Shown piece after piece: positions 10,226 to 19,568 of a stretch of 64,000 nt of DNA. The DNA lies in NCBI GenBank assembly GCA_030648155.1, contig JAUSIK010000013.1, positions 65,924-129,923 of the forward strand, read 5' to 3'. The notes beneath the pieces are model-generated. The model ran no database searches and was not told the origin of the DNA. It worked only from the letters and a program-made list of their open reading frames with translations. Within the stretch, counting starts at the first letter, position 1. The number at the start of each line of letters is the position of its first letter. The translations under genes were made by a program, and so were the position numbers. This DNA comes from Nanobdellota archaeon. GTDB lineage: Archaea > Nanobdellota > Nanobdellia > Pacearchaeales > GW2011-AR1.

Positions 10226-10439
10226 CGTTTATCTTTTTTCCCTTTCTTTCTTTAGACGCTTTTTCTGCCATAATTTCAAGTTCCTTTAGGATATCTATAT
10301 TATTGTTCTTTATTAGTACCCCTTGTTTTTCTTCTGTTATAATAACTTCCTGCTGAGGATACATTTTATAGGTTTCTCTAAATATCTTAGGAATTACAAT
10401 TTGCCCTTTGGGGCCGAGTCTTACTTTAAGTTCTACCAT
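10161..10439 (-). CDS. vapB: AbrB/MazE-type VapB antitoxin
   Basis: GPKGQIVIPKIFRE motif; overlaps vapC. Confidence 0.88.
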   Translation of the reverse strand: MVELKVRLGPKGQIVIPKIFRETYKMYPQQEVIITEEKQGVLIKNNNIDILKELEIMAEKASKERKGKKINVDPHAIYEQYDERAKRAGIKV

Positions 10440-10456
10440 GTTATACTTGAGGTAAG
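10420..10456. promoter_or_regulatory. Inverted repeat operator across vapB start
   Basis: CTTACTTTAAG ... CTTGAGGTAAG imperfect inverted repeat. Confidence 0.45.
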
Positions 10457-10591
10457 AAAGTATTTAAGGTTTATGGTTTGGGGCTGAACGAATTTTAATA
10501 AATTTATAATGGGCTGATTGTGTTTGTTGATTACACTTTGGGCAGACATCATTTAGGGTATAATGAAGGTTTGGGCATTTTTTTAATTTAG

Positions 10592-11290
10592 TCATTTTTC
10601 TATTAATTCAAAGATAGCTTTCTTTTCCTTGGCTTTCTTTTCTATATTATGCAGGATGTTTAGAAGATTTTTATTAGCTTCCTTAAAATCTTTTGCTTTA
10701 GCGGAAATTGAAAAGCGAGAAGAACCTAAGTAATTTATTTCTGAATCTGGAACATCCAATATTTCCTTCATCTCTGTTATAGCATTTGGAGAAACTGACG
10801 AAAGCTTGAAAATTTTCCTTACTTCTTTTTCTTTTTCTATTTTTTCTTTAAGTATATTTAAAATCTTTTCAATTTGGCTCTTACTAAAGAATTTTTCTAA
10901 TATATTTGGATTGTCTTTTGCATCTTCTAAAAATGTTACAAAGTCGTATTCTTTTTTTATTTTTTTAACAAGTTCTTCAGGGTTTGTTACAATGTTTTTT
11001 AACATACTTATTAGACTGCGTTCTTTTTTATGGCGTTCTAATACTTCATACTTTTCTTTAGCGGTTACTCTTCTTAGGCTTAATTCTACGTGGCCTTGAG
11101 AGACATTTAACACCTTACAGACTATTTTTTTGTTTGGAATTACGTATTCTCTTAGATTTCTAATTCTTCCTGCAGCTACTTCGGATAGCACCATTGAGCC
11201 TTCTCCTTCATCCTCTATATCTAGGAAGATATTTGTTTTTTCTATTTTCTTAACGGTACATAATATTAATTGTCCTTCTACTAATGCCAT
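10592..11290 (-). CDS. eif2a: Translation initiation factor aIF-2 alpha
   Basis: S1 domain with SEVAAGRIRNLREYV...VELSLRRV; follows S27e. Confidence 0.85.
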   Translation of the reverse strand: MALVEGQLILCTVKKIEKTNIFLDIEDEGEGSMVLSEVAAGRIRNLREYVIPNKKIVCKVLNVSQGHVELSLRRVTAKEKYEVLERHKKERSLISMLKNIVTNPEELVKKIKKEYDFVTFLEDAKDNPNILEKFFSKSQIEKILNILKEKIEKEKEVRKIFKLSSVSPNAITEMKEILDVPDSEINYLGSSRFSISAKAKDFKEANKNLLNILHNIEKKAKEKKAIFELIEK

Positions 11291-11463
11291 AAGACTTCTT
11301 TAATTGGGCCTCTTACTTTGGCCTTGCCTCCTGTTGTTTTTAAGAGCATATAGTTGCATTTAGAGCATTTTATTATAGATGCTGATTTTCCAAAAACTAT
11401 CCTGGTAGTGTTGCATCTTGGACAGCCTATTTTAAGGAATTTCGTTTTTTTGAATTTAGGCAT
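11281..11463 (-). CDS. rps27e: 30S ribosomal protein S27e
   Basis: FLKIGCPRC...CSKC...TGGKA. Confidence 0.92.
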   Translation of the reverse strand: MPKFKKTKFLKIGCPRCNTTRIVFGKSASIIKCSKCNYMLLKTTGGKAKVRGPIKEVLWH

Positions 11464-11549
11464 AAAAATTTTAAGGGATGAAGGGTTTTAAAGATTACTA
11501 TGAACTCTTTAACTCTTGGTTAGTGAATAATGGAGTTAGAGAGGTTAAT

Positions 11550-12329
11550 TTACTTTAATAAAAGATCTGCTTTGACCGGCAGGTGATCTGAAAGGAGGTC
11601 ATTTAATACTGTATAATTTAGGAACTTAAATTTTTTAGATGCAAGTATCCAATCTATTCTTACTTTTGGGTTAACTGCAGGGTGAGTTGGGATTTTCTTT
11701 TGAGGAAGGTAAGTATGGAGGTTTAAATTATCACAAAGCATATGGAGTGTTTTTTCTTTTCCAGCAAAATCGCAATTAAAATCGCCTGCAATAATTTTCG
11801 GAGTGTTTTTATAATTTGAAAAATAATCTATAATGTTTTTGGCTTGTTTCTCTCTAGAATGAAACCTCAAATAGTCAAGCCATACCATATGAACTGAAGC
11901 AAAATGGATCTTTCTATATGGGTGTTCGATTTCAGCAGAAACAAAGCCTTTTCTAGGCGTTGGAAATGAAAATGAAAATGGGCGGGAGTATGTGTTTTTA
12001 ATTTGATATCGAGATAAAATGGCTGTTCCAAATTCATATATGCTCTTTTTTCCAAGAGAAAGGGATGAATGTTTGCCGTAAAAGCTGTAACGATATGGTG
12101 TTAGCTTCATTAATTCTGTTAATTGATCAAAATTTCCCGTAAATAGAGAATTACGATCAATTTCTTGCAAGCTTACAATGTCTGCATTTTCATGTTTAAT
12201 TAACCTAGCTATTTCTTCAATATTTTTAGCAACTCTTTCTTTTTTTAGGAAAATTGGGAATACAGAATTATTAACATTTCTTCCATGCATTATGTTAAGA
12301 TTAAGAATTTTAATTTGGTTGTTTTTCAT
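11550..12329 (-). CDS. Endonuclease/exonuclease/phosphatase family protein
   Basis: LNI, LQEID, AGDFN, RIDWI, SDHLP motifs. Confidence 0.9.
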   Translation of the reverse strand: MKNNQIKILNLNIMHGRNVNNSVFPIFLKKERVAKNIEEIARLIKHENADIVSLQEIDRNSLFTGNFDQLTELMKLTPYRYSFYGKHSSLSLGKKSIYEFGTAILSRYQIKNTYSRPFSFSFPTPRKGFVSAEIEHPYRKIHFASVHMVWLDYLRFHSREKQAKNIIDYFSNYKNTPKIIAGDFNCDFAGKEKTLHMLCDNLNLHTYLPQKKIPTHPAVNPKVRIDWILASKKFKFLNYTVLNDLLSDHLPVKADLLLK

Positions 12330-12383
12330 ATTTTTACAACTATTAGTTAAAATAGAGAGATATAAATGTTTTGAAATGATTTT

Positions 12384-13697
12384 TTAGACCTTTACAAGTT
12401 CTATATCCAGCACTTTTTGCAATTCTTGGATGAATTGTACTTCCTTATCTTTTGAAATGAGGCAACCAGCAGCGTTTGGATGTCCTCCAACTTCTCCCCC
12501 TAGAGGAACTACTACCTTATCAAGGACTTCACGAACATTACGCCCATCTTTTCCTGTAATTCTGGCAGAGACTTTTATTTTATCTTCATTATAGGCCAAT
12601 GCAACGATAATTGTGCCTTCACTATATAATGGGGAGCGAGATATTATTGAGGCTACTGTTCCAATGATAGTGTCTCTAATATTATTTTTTGCATTTATTA
12701 TTGTATAATTTTTGCCTGTAATTTTTTCAGCTTCAGCTATATATTTTAGGGCCGAAACCAAATGCTGGCGGTACTCAATGTAGATTTTTTCAGCTTTCGA
12801 TTTTAGGGATTTATTACCAAGGCAAAATCCCAGAGAGACGAAAGGATAACCCATTCTACTGCAGGCATTAATTAGAGCTGAAAGTTCGCGGGCATCTTCA
12901 AGGCGATTATGAAATTTTAATAAATAGAGATTGCCTATAAGTTTTTCCGACTCAATTTTGCCAGGATTTTTTAAGATTATTGAAGTTGTTAGATTAGTCA
13001 TTTCTTCATTGGTTAGTTCATATAAGGCTTTGTAGGCTCCATTATTTTTTGGAATATTAGCCTCTCTTAAAAGCTCTATTACCCCTTTATAGGAACCTGT
13101 TACGTTCGGGATATATGGAGATGAAGAATATTCTAGTGCTTTGTCGAGAGGTCTTGTAGAGGGATAAATTAATAGGCCTTTTTTTATTACTGCATCTGCA
13201 TCTTTTATAATTTCATCATATCTTTTTCCAATATTATCTTGATGATTGTCTCCTATCATACCTATCAGGGCAAGCGTTGATAGGTCTTTATTTTGCTCTG
13301 AAAGAGATTTTGCAAAAAAATAGCATATTGCTGCACTACAAAGGGATTCTTGATTTTCTAATGAGGGATTAACCATTAATACATTTTCAGGTATTTCCTG
13401 CGTTATTTCGTGGTGGTCTAGGATTATAACTGGATTTTTTTTGTCTTTAAGATATTTCAAACTTCCAGAGGCTAAATCTAGAAATATAAGAAGATTATCT
13501 TCTGGAAGGTTTTTAATAAAGTCTTCATCAAGGCTTTTTACTATACTTAGAGTAAACGTTTTGTTCCATCGTTGAAGCGCACGTGAAAATATTGCTGCTG
13601 AAGCTATTCCATCGGTATCAAAATGGCTTACAATTCTAATTGGAAATGTCGTAAGATTATTTATTCTTTCAATTGCTAGTTTAATTCTGTCTAACAT
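12384..13697 (-). CDS. recJ: RecJ-like DHH/DHHA1 nuclease
   Basis: HFDTDG, FLDL, LDHH, GGHPNAAG; adjacent to S15. Confidence 0.85.
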   Translation of the reverse strand: MLDRIKLAIERINNLTTFPIRIVSHFDTDGIASAAIFSRALQRWNKTFTLSIVKSLDEDFIKNLPEDNLLIFLDLASGSLKYLKDKKNPVIILDHHEITQEIPENVLMVNPSLENQESLCSAAICYFFAKSLSEQNKDLSTLALIGMIGDNHQDNIGKRYDEIIKDADAVIKKGLLIYPSTRPLDKALEYSSSPYIPNVTGSYKGVIELLREANIPKNNGAYKALYELTNEEMTNLTTSIILKNPGKIESEKLIGNLYLLKFHNRLEDARELSALINACSRMGYPFVSLGFCLGNKSLKSKAEKIYIEYRQHLVSALKYIAEAEKITGKNYTIINAKNNIRDTIIGTVASIISRSPLYSEGTIIVALAYNEDKIKVSARITGKDGRNVREVLDKVVVPLGGEVGGHPNAAGCLISKDKEVQFIQELQKVLDIELVKV

Positions 13698-13715
13698 CCT
13701 CTTTTTGAAATATAT

Positions 13716-14111
13716 TTATTGGTTTTTATTTAGCGTGTGTAAAAGCCACAATCTTTTTGCCAGTGATTTTTTTGCAGTATTATCATATTTATTTTTGCCC
13801 ATGTGGGATTTTAGGTTGGTTATTTTGTTTTCAACTATTTCTTTTTCAGTAGTATACTTTACATTTGCTTCCTTTAGAATTTGAGTTACTTTTTTTCCTA
13901 GGAGGCGTGTTTTGGGAATTCCGTGTTTGTCTCTCAATATTAAGCCTATTTTAGCTGGTGAATTTCCTTGTTTTGCAAGATCTACTATTATTTTTTCTAA
14001 CTCTTGAGGCTTTATTTTTATCCAGCTTGATTTTTCTTCTTTTTCTTCAGCAGGGGCAGATGAATCTACTGGTGAACCTTCTTTTTCTTCTGTTTTTTTT
14101 GTTTTTGGCAT
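13716..14111 (-). CDS. rps15: 30S ribosomal protein S15 (uS15/S13e type)
   Basis: SPAKIGLILRDKHGIP...HMGKNKYD. Confidence 0.85.
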   Translation of the reverse strand: MPKTKKTEEKEGSPVDSSAPAEEKEEKSSWIKIKPQELEKIIVDLAKQGNSPAKIGLILRDKHGIPKTRLLGKKVTQILKEANVKYTTEKEIVENKITNLKSHMGKNKYDNTAKKSLAKRLWLLHTLNKNQ

Positions 14112-14240
14112 AATTGATTTTAGATTAGTGGTGTTTTAAAGGTTTCTGTTTGTTTTTTGTTGATAAATGGGGGGGTAAGTAGTTATTGGATAGTGGTTAC
14201 ACATAGTAAGATTTATAAAGGTGTTTTCAAAGGGAGTAGG

Positions 14241-14909
14241 ATGGAAGATGAAATGGATTTTAGAGTTGGATTGGCTGAAAAGGCTATTGATAATGTAATG
14301 GATATTGGGTTAAACGGGTTAGTAGATGAGTTATGCACTATTAACTTTCCAGATCTTGATCGAGAGAAAATTATAGTTGGTTTGGAATTTTCTGATGATA
14401 AATTTCCAGATGTATTTGTGAGCCCTTTATTTGGAGGGGATTATTATCATATTGCTGGAAATCTACCTAGAAGTTTAATTGAAAAACCTTACTGTATGAA
14501 AGTTACTAAAGGGATTTTAGGCCATGAATTGACACATATTTCAAGAGGAGATATTAAAGGGGATGAAACTTGGCTTAGGAATGTTCTTTATACTGTAGCT
14601 TCAGAAGGATTTGATAATTATAAATTTTTATTGCCTGCTATTAATAATGAGGTAAAAGATAGGGAGTATGTTGAAAATTACTTTTCTAGAATTGAGAGGG
14701 CTACTGATGAAGAGGCAATCAGGAGAGGTTTAGGAAAAGAGACATATTTCGCTAGAAAATATGTTGAGAATATATTGAAGAATTATAACGCTAGGATGAA
14801 TAGTGGTTATCATAGTAGCGAAAAAATATTAAGATTAATTAATCCTAAGAAAGGATTTTTTACTGATCAGGATTTGGAAGAAATAGCAAGTATTGATAAG
14901 GGGTTCTAA
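14241..14909 (+). CDS. Hypothetical protein with HExxH zincin motif
   Basis: ILGHELTHI and downstream ERATD; ATG at 14241 preferred. Confidence 0.55.
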   Translation: MEDEMDFRVGLAEKAIDNVMDIGLNGLVDELCTINFPDLDREKIIVGLEFSDDKFPDVFVSPLFGGDYYHIAGNLPRSLIEKPYCMKVTKGILGHELTHISRGDIKGDETWLRNVLYTVASEGFDNYKFLLPAINNEVKDREYVENYFSRIERATDEEAIRRGLGKETYFARKYVENILKNYNARMNSGYHSSEKILRLINPKKGFFTDQDLEEIASIDKGF

Positions 14910-15032
14910 GAAAGATTGCTGCTTAGGGATTTTAAGAAGCGTAATGTTTAAAAAGGTTTGATTGAGAGTATAATGATAAGCGCATCCTTTGACTAGGTCT
15001 GTTAAGGGCTAGCTTTATTGACCTATTATATT

Positions 15033-15362
15033 ATGAAGTTACCTAAAGAAACTAAGAGATACTGCCCGTATTGCAGAAAACATACGACACATGCAGTTGA
15101 TACAGCAAAACAGAGAGCAAGATCTGCTACTCATCCTTTATCAAGAGGATCTAGTTCTAGAGAAAAATTAAGAGGATTAAGAGGAGGCTTTGGAAATTTA
15201 GGAAGAAGATCAAGAAAGGGGCCTAAAGATTGGAAAATGAAGGCAAAAGTTACAAAGAGAATTACTGTTACATATAGGTGCAAAGTTTGCAAGAAAATGC
15301 ATAATATTAAAAAAGCAATTAGATCAGGAAGAATAGAAATAGGGGAGAAGATTTCAAAGTAA
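15033..15362 (+). CDS. rpl44e: 50S ribosomal protein L44e
   Basis: MKLPKETKRYCPYCRKHTTH...CKVC. Confidence 0.92.
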   Translation: MKLPKETKRYCPYCRKHTTHAVDTAKQRARSATHPLSRGSSSREKLRGLRGGFGNLGRRSRKGPKDWKMKAKVTKRITVTYRCKVCKKMHNIKKAIRSGRIEIGEKISK

Positions 15363-15363
15363 A

Positions 15364-16056
15364 ATGGCAGAAGCAGTTAAACAGAAAACAGAGAGCAAAA
15401 AACGCGGAATTAAAAAAGGATTTTATGAAGTGGAAGCGCCATTGACCGCGGTTAAGATTTCTTTATACGGCGGTTCAATGGAAGAATTTGAAGGAAGGGT
15501 TGTAAATTTAGATTTGACTAAGAGTCTGCGAGGAAGGAGTTTGGAATTAAGAATGAAGATAAAAAATGAAGATGGAAAATTAAAGGCTAGTCCAGTTAGT
15601 GCTAATTTGGCAGGCTCTTACATTAGAAGGGCTTTAAGAAGAGGATCTGATTATGTTGAAGATTCATTTAAGGCTAACTGCAGAGATGCAGTTTTGGTTG
15701 TTAAACCTTTTATGATAACAAGAAGAAGAGTATCTAGAGAGGTAAGGAATGCAATAAGGGTAAATGCAAGGAAATTTATTGAAGGGTACTTGAAAATAAG
15801 AACTACTAAAGAATTGTTTTCTGATATAATTGCTAATAAATTGCAAAGAGGAATGGCTGCTAAATTAAAGAAAATTTATCCTCTAGCTATGTGCGAAATT
15901 AGAGTATTTGAAATTATAGGGGAAAAGGCTTTGGAGGATATTAAAGAAGAAGAGAGAAAGCAATTAATGGAAGAACAAGGAAAGGAAGAAATTTCGGAAA
16001 TAGAAACCGAAGAAGAGAATAAAGAAGAAATTAAAAAAACAAGAAAAAAAGAGTAA
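15364..16056 (+). CDS. rps3ae: 30S ribosomal protein S3Ae
   Basis: YEVEAP, YIRRALRRG, LKKIYPL...EIR motifs. Confidence 0.85.
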   Translation: MAEAVKQKTESKKRGIKKGFYEVEAPLTAVKISLYGGSMEEFEGRVVNLDLTKSLRGRSLELRMKIKNEDGKLKASPVSANLAGSYIRRALRRGSDYVEDSFKANCRDAVLVVKPFMITRRRVSREVRNAIRVNARKFIEGYLKIRTTKELFSDIIANKLQRGMAAKLKKIYPLAMCEIRVFEIIGEKALEDIKEEERKQLMEEQGKEEISEIETEEENKEEIKKTRKKE

Positions 16057-16080
16057 AAAAAGGTTTATTAATTTTAAAGT

Positions 16081-17298
16081 GTGAATAATTTAATGATTAG
16101 AAAAATAGATTTGATAATAGTTTTATTTTTGATACTTACGTTTATTGGAAGTTTTTTGTATATTGCTGATAAAAATTTGTTTGTGGATGAAGAAGTTCAT
16201 TATTTGCAGATTAAAAGATTTATGTCTGGCGATAGAGGAGTATATGATATTATAACTGTAATTCCTGGATATCATTATTTTTTATCGGTTATCGGAAAAA
16301 CTTTTGATTTTTACAGTGAGGGCCAAATTAGATTAGTTAATGCAACTATTGGCTTTATTTCGATTTTTGTTTTTTTATTATTAACTTTCAAGATTGAAGG
16401 GAAGAGGGGCTGGAGAAAAGGGCTTGAATATGCATTTTTTCCTATTTTATTCCCTTTTTTCTTTTTGATATATACTGATGTTTTATCTTTGTTATTAGTA
16501 ATGGCTATGGTTTACTTTACTCTAATTAAAAGATATTCTATAGCCGCGATATTTGGAATATTAAGTTTTTTTGTGAGGCAAAATAATGTTGTGTGGATGG
16601 GGTTTGCTTTATTTTTAGTTTATTTTCAAAGAAATGGGATGAAAATAAAATTCAGCGGGATTGGGGAGACAATAAAGAATTGCTGGGTTTTTATTTTAGG
16701 ACTGGCAATATCTGTATTATTCTTCATTTATAATGGCGGATTTTCAGCAGGAGATAAGGCAATGCACGAGGGAGGAATATTTTTAGGAAATATATTTTTC
16801 TTCTTGTTTTTATTTTTCTTCTTATTTTTCTTTTTAAATATAAGCAATATTTTTAGGATCAAGGAATTTACTAGGAAGAATAAATGGATATGGATTTTAC
16901 TTATTGGTATTTTTATAATATATATGAAATTTTTTGTCGTTGATCATCCCTATAATTTTCTTGGAAAAGATTATTTTTTAAGAAATATTATCCTTCAGGA
17001 GTTTATTTCTGGAATATGGATTAAAGCTTGTTTATTTATTCCTATCGCTTATTCTATTTTAAGCCTGTGTGTTATTAAATTAAAGAAAAAGGAGTTTTAT
17101 TTGATATATTTGTTCAGTTTCATATCTTTACTGCCTATGTGGTTAATAGAACAGAGATATTATTTAATTCCTTTTACATTGTTTATATTATTTAAAGAGG
17201 AGAGTAAAAATTGGGTTGAGAGGGCGACAATTGGAATTTACTTTATAGCATCTATTGTTATTTTTTACTTAATTGGAGAGGTTAAGTTTTTCTTGTAA
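16081..17298 (+). CDS. ALG10/DIE2-like (GT59) membrane glucosyltransferase
   Basis: DEEVHYLQ..ITVIPGY, FLIYTD, VRQNNVVW, NGG..GDK..H, EQRYY collinear with ALG10 motifs. Confidence 0.8.
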   Translation: MNNLMIRKIDLIIVLFLILTFIGSFLYIADKNLFVDEEVHYLQIKRFMSGDRGVYDIITVIPGYHYFLSVIGKTFDFYSEGQIRLVNATIGFISIFVFLLLTFKIEGKRGWRKGLEYAFFPILFPFFFLIYTDVLSLLLVMAMVYFTLIKRYSIAAIFGILSFFVRQNNVVWMGFALFLVYFQRNGMKIKFSGIGETIKNCWVFILGLAISVLFFIYNGGFSAGDKAMHEGGIFLGNIFFFLFLFFFLFFFLNISNIFRIKEFTRKNKWIWILLIGIFIIYMKFFVVDHPYNFLGKDYFLRNIILQEFISGIWIKACLFIPIAYSILSLCVIKLKKKEFYLIYLFSFISLLPMWLIEQRYYLIPFTLFILFKEESKNWVERATIGIYFIASIVIFYLIGEVKFFL

Positions 17299-17364
17299 TT
17301 CGGTTTTAGGCTTTTAAATACATGACCCTAACTTTTAAAAACTCTTAAATTCCCTAACAAGTAT

Positions 17365-17437
17365 AGCCCCTTAGTCTAGTGGTCTAGGATTTCAGGTTTT
17401 GGTCCTGAAGACCCAGGTTCGAATCCTGGAGGGGCTA
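17365..17437 (+). tRNA. tRNA-Gln(TTG)
   Basis: AGCCCCT/AGGGGCT acceptor; TCAGG-TTTTGGT-CCTGA anticodon arm; TTCGAAT T-loop. Confidence 0.93.
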
Positions 17438-17487
17438 TGAAACAAAAGGTTAGATAGCTTAATAAATAAATTATAACACATCTTGAC

Positions 17488-17997
17488 ATGAATGACCTGT
17501 TTGAAATTAAAAAATCTAAAATAGCTGGAAATGGGATTTTTGCCAGTAAAGAAATAAAAAAGGGACAAACTATTTACTTTCTAAGTGGAGAATTATGTAG
17601 TTTAGACGAAATAATAAAGAAGGTAAATAATGGAGTGGAAGAGCCCTCCGATCCCTTGGAAGTTGAAAATGAAGAATATTTGGATTTAGACGAAACATCA
17701 AGAACTTTTAATCATTTATGTAATCCTAATGCATTTATTCGCGGAAGAAATGAACTTGTTGCTTTGAAAAATATTACAATTGGAGAAGAAATAACTTTTG
17801 ATTATTCTACTACAATGAATGACAACGAAGAAAAAATAAAGGCGGCTGGAAGAACATTATGGACTTGCAAATGTAATTGCGGAGCAAAAAACTGCAGAGG
17901 AATAATAAACCAATTCAAAACCTTATCAAAAAAAAGACAAGAATTTTACATAAAAAACATGTATGTGCCTGATTTCATACTAAGAAAGTTTAAATAA
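17488..17997 (+). CDS. SET-domain protein with post-SET motif
   Basis: GNGIFA, NHLCNPN, EEITFDY, CNCGAKNC. Confidence 0.9.
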   Translation: MNDLFEIKKSKIAGNGIFASKEIKKGQTIYFLSGELCSLDEIIKKVNNGVEEPSDPLEVENEEYLDLDETSRTFNHLCNPNAFIRGRNELVALKNITIGEEITFDYSTTMNDNEEKIKAAGRTLWTCKCNCGAKNCRGIINQFKTLSKKRQEFYIKNMYVPDFILRKFK

Positions 17998-18004
17998 AAA
18001 GCCT

Positions 18005-18060
18005 GATAAATAACTTTTAGTTATAAAGCTGGAGGGGTTATCCAACAAAAGATTCTATAG
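18005..18060 (+). repeat. Cassette-boundary repeat 1 with copy of tRNA-Gln 3' end and trailer
   Basis: 18005-18041 matches 18909-18945 at 33/37; 18029-18060 matches 17426-17457 at 26/32. Confidence 0.8.
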
Positions 18061-18126
18061 TCTAAGTGTGCAAACATCACTTAGTTATTTGGAAAGGGTT
18101 AAAAATGATTAATCATATATCTTAAT

Positions 18127-18864
18127 GTGAAAATAAAAATTAATTTTCAAAAAGAAAAGATAGGATTATATCCTAAGAATAGAATTAAGAAAGTTTGGAA
18201 TAATCCTCAAATAGTTACGACCTCTGTAAAACCTACAATAGTAAAAGATGGAAATAAAAATGTTCTCCAATTAGGTTTTTCAAAAGGAAAGTTTGGAAAG
18301 GAAGATAAGGCAAGCTGGCATATAAATTTTAAAAAAAGTTATGAAGTTTTATATTGCCAGTATAAGGTAAAGTTTGAGAAAGGTTTTGACTGGAAATTGG
18401 GGGGAAAATTGCCTGGATTTGGTGGAGGAGACAAACCCGGAGGAGGAAAACAGTCTAAGGAGGGTTTTTCCTCAAGAGTTATGTGGCGCGAAAAAGGAAC
18501 AATGCATCAATATGTCTATTATCCAGAAAACAATGCTCATTACGGAAAAGGGTTCTGGTGGCATAATCTGTGCTCTAATAAAATTGAACAATTGAAATTC
18601 AAGCCTGGTAAATGGCACACTATAAAAATGAAAATCAAAATGAATAACAACTGGAAAGATCCGGGGCATATAATCTCATGGCTTGATGGAAAACTTGCCC
18701 TTTACCAATACATCGACCTAAGAGAAAAGAATACCAAAGAATATGGGGTTGAGTCATTTATTTTTACAGTATTCTTTGGTGGCGATGACAAAAGTTTTGC
18801 TCCAAGAAAAGATTGTAAGATTTATTTTGATGATTTTATAATTTCTGATAAAGATATTAAATAA
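18127..18864 (+). CDS. Polysaccharide lyase family 14-like protein
   Basis: GGKLPG, SSRVMWR, FFGG motifs. Confidence 0.8.
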   Translation: MKIKINFQKEKIGLYPKNRIKKVWNNPQIVTTSVKPTIVKDGNKNVLQLGFSKGKFGKEDKASWHINFKKSYEVLYCQYKVKFEKGFDWKLGGKLPGFGGGDKPGGGKQSKEGFSSRVMWREKGTMHQYVYYPENNAHYGKGFWWHNLCSNKIEQLKFKPGKWHTIKMKIKMNNNWKDPGHIISWLDGKLALYQYIDLREKNTKEYGVESFIFTVFFGGDDKSFAPRKDCKIYFDDFIISDKDIK

Positions 18865-18908
18865 TACTTGGTTTATTTTTTTTCTGATAAATATATAAAA
18901 AATAGTCG

Positions 18909-18945
18909 GATAAATAACTTTTAGTTTAAAAGCTGAAGGGGCTAT
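18909..18945 (+). repeat. Cassette-boundary repeat 2 with copy of tRNA-Gln 3' end
   Basis: GATAAATAACTTTTAGTTTAAAAG followed by CTGAAGGGGCTAT (12/13 to tRNA 3' end). Confidence 0.8.
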
Positions 18946-18950
18946 TCATT

Positions 18951-19451
18951 TTAACAAGCATAGTTTTCAGATACAGTAGTTACTATGATTTGCTTATTAG
19001 TCTTTGGGATTGATACAAGGGTATATGGTTGGGTTAACGCTTGGGTTAGAAGACAATTTTCTCCAGGAGTCGACTCTTTTACTATGGCTTCAATATAAAA
19101 TAAATGATTGATCATTTTTTCAACTTTAATTGAGTAGCCCCCTGTAGGTTTTTCGCCTAGAAATAAGGCTATAATTGTTTCTTCTTGAAAGTTTGGAGAG
19201 GAGGGTAGTATTTGTTCTGGAAACATTTCGCCCCATAGTTTTGTCCAATCTGTTGTTGATTTTGCTATTCTGGTCTGTTTTTGAGATAGGCTGTTTTGTG
19301 TTCCTTCAAGAAGAACTTTAAAAGATAATTCTCCAGGTTTTTTTTCTGTTTCCTGCGGTGTTTTTACAATATCTAAATAAAAAACTGAAATAACAATTAT
19401 TATTCCAATTAAAACAAGGGACGAATGAAATAAAAGGGGTTTATTTACCAT
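18951..19451 (-). CDS. PrcB C-terminal domain protein, membrane anchored
   Basis: GEKPTGGYSI...TQALTQPY motif; N-terminal TM. Confidence 0.8.
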   Translation of the reverse strand: MVNKPLLFHSSLVLIGIIIVISVFYLDIVKTPQETEKKPGELSFKVLLEGTQNSLSQKQTRIAKSTTDWTKLWGEMFPEQILPSSPNFQEETIIALFLGEKPTGGYSIKVEKMINHLFYIEAIVKESTPGENCLLTQALTQPYTLVSIPKTNKQIIVTTVSENYAC

Positions 19452-19568
19452 TAAGGTTAAAGGTGGAGGTTGTATTTAAATTGTTTTTTATATTCTAGTA
19501 GTATTGAAGTGATTAATAATATAGTCAAATGTATAAAACTTTATTAATATCTTCTATTTATTATAATT

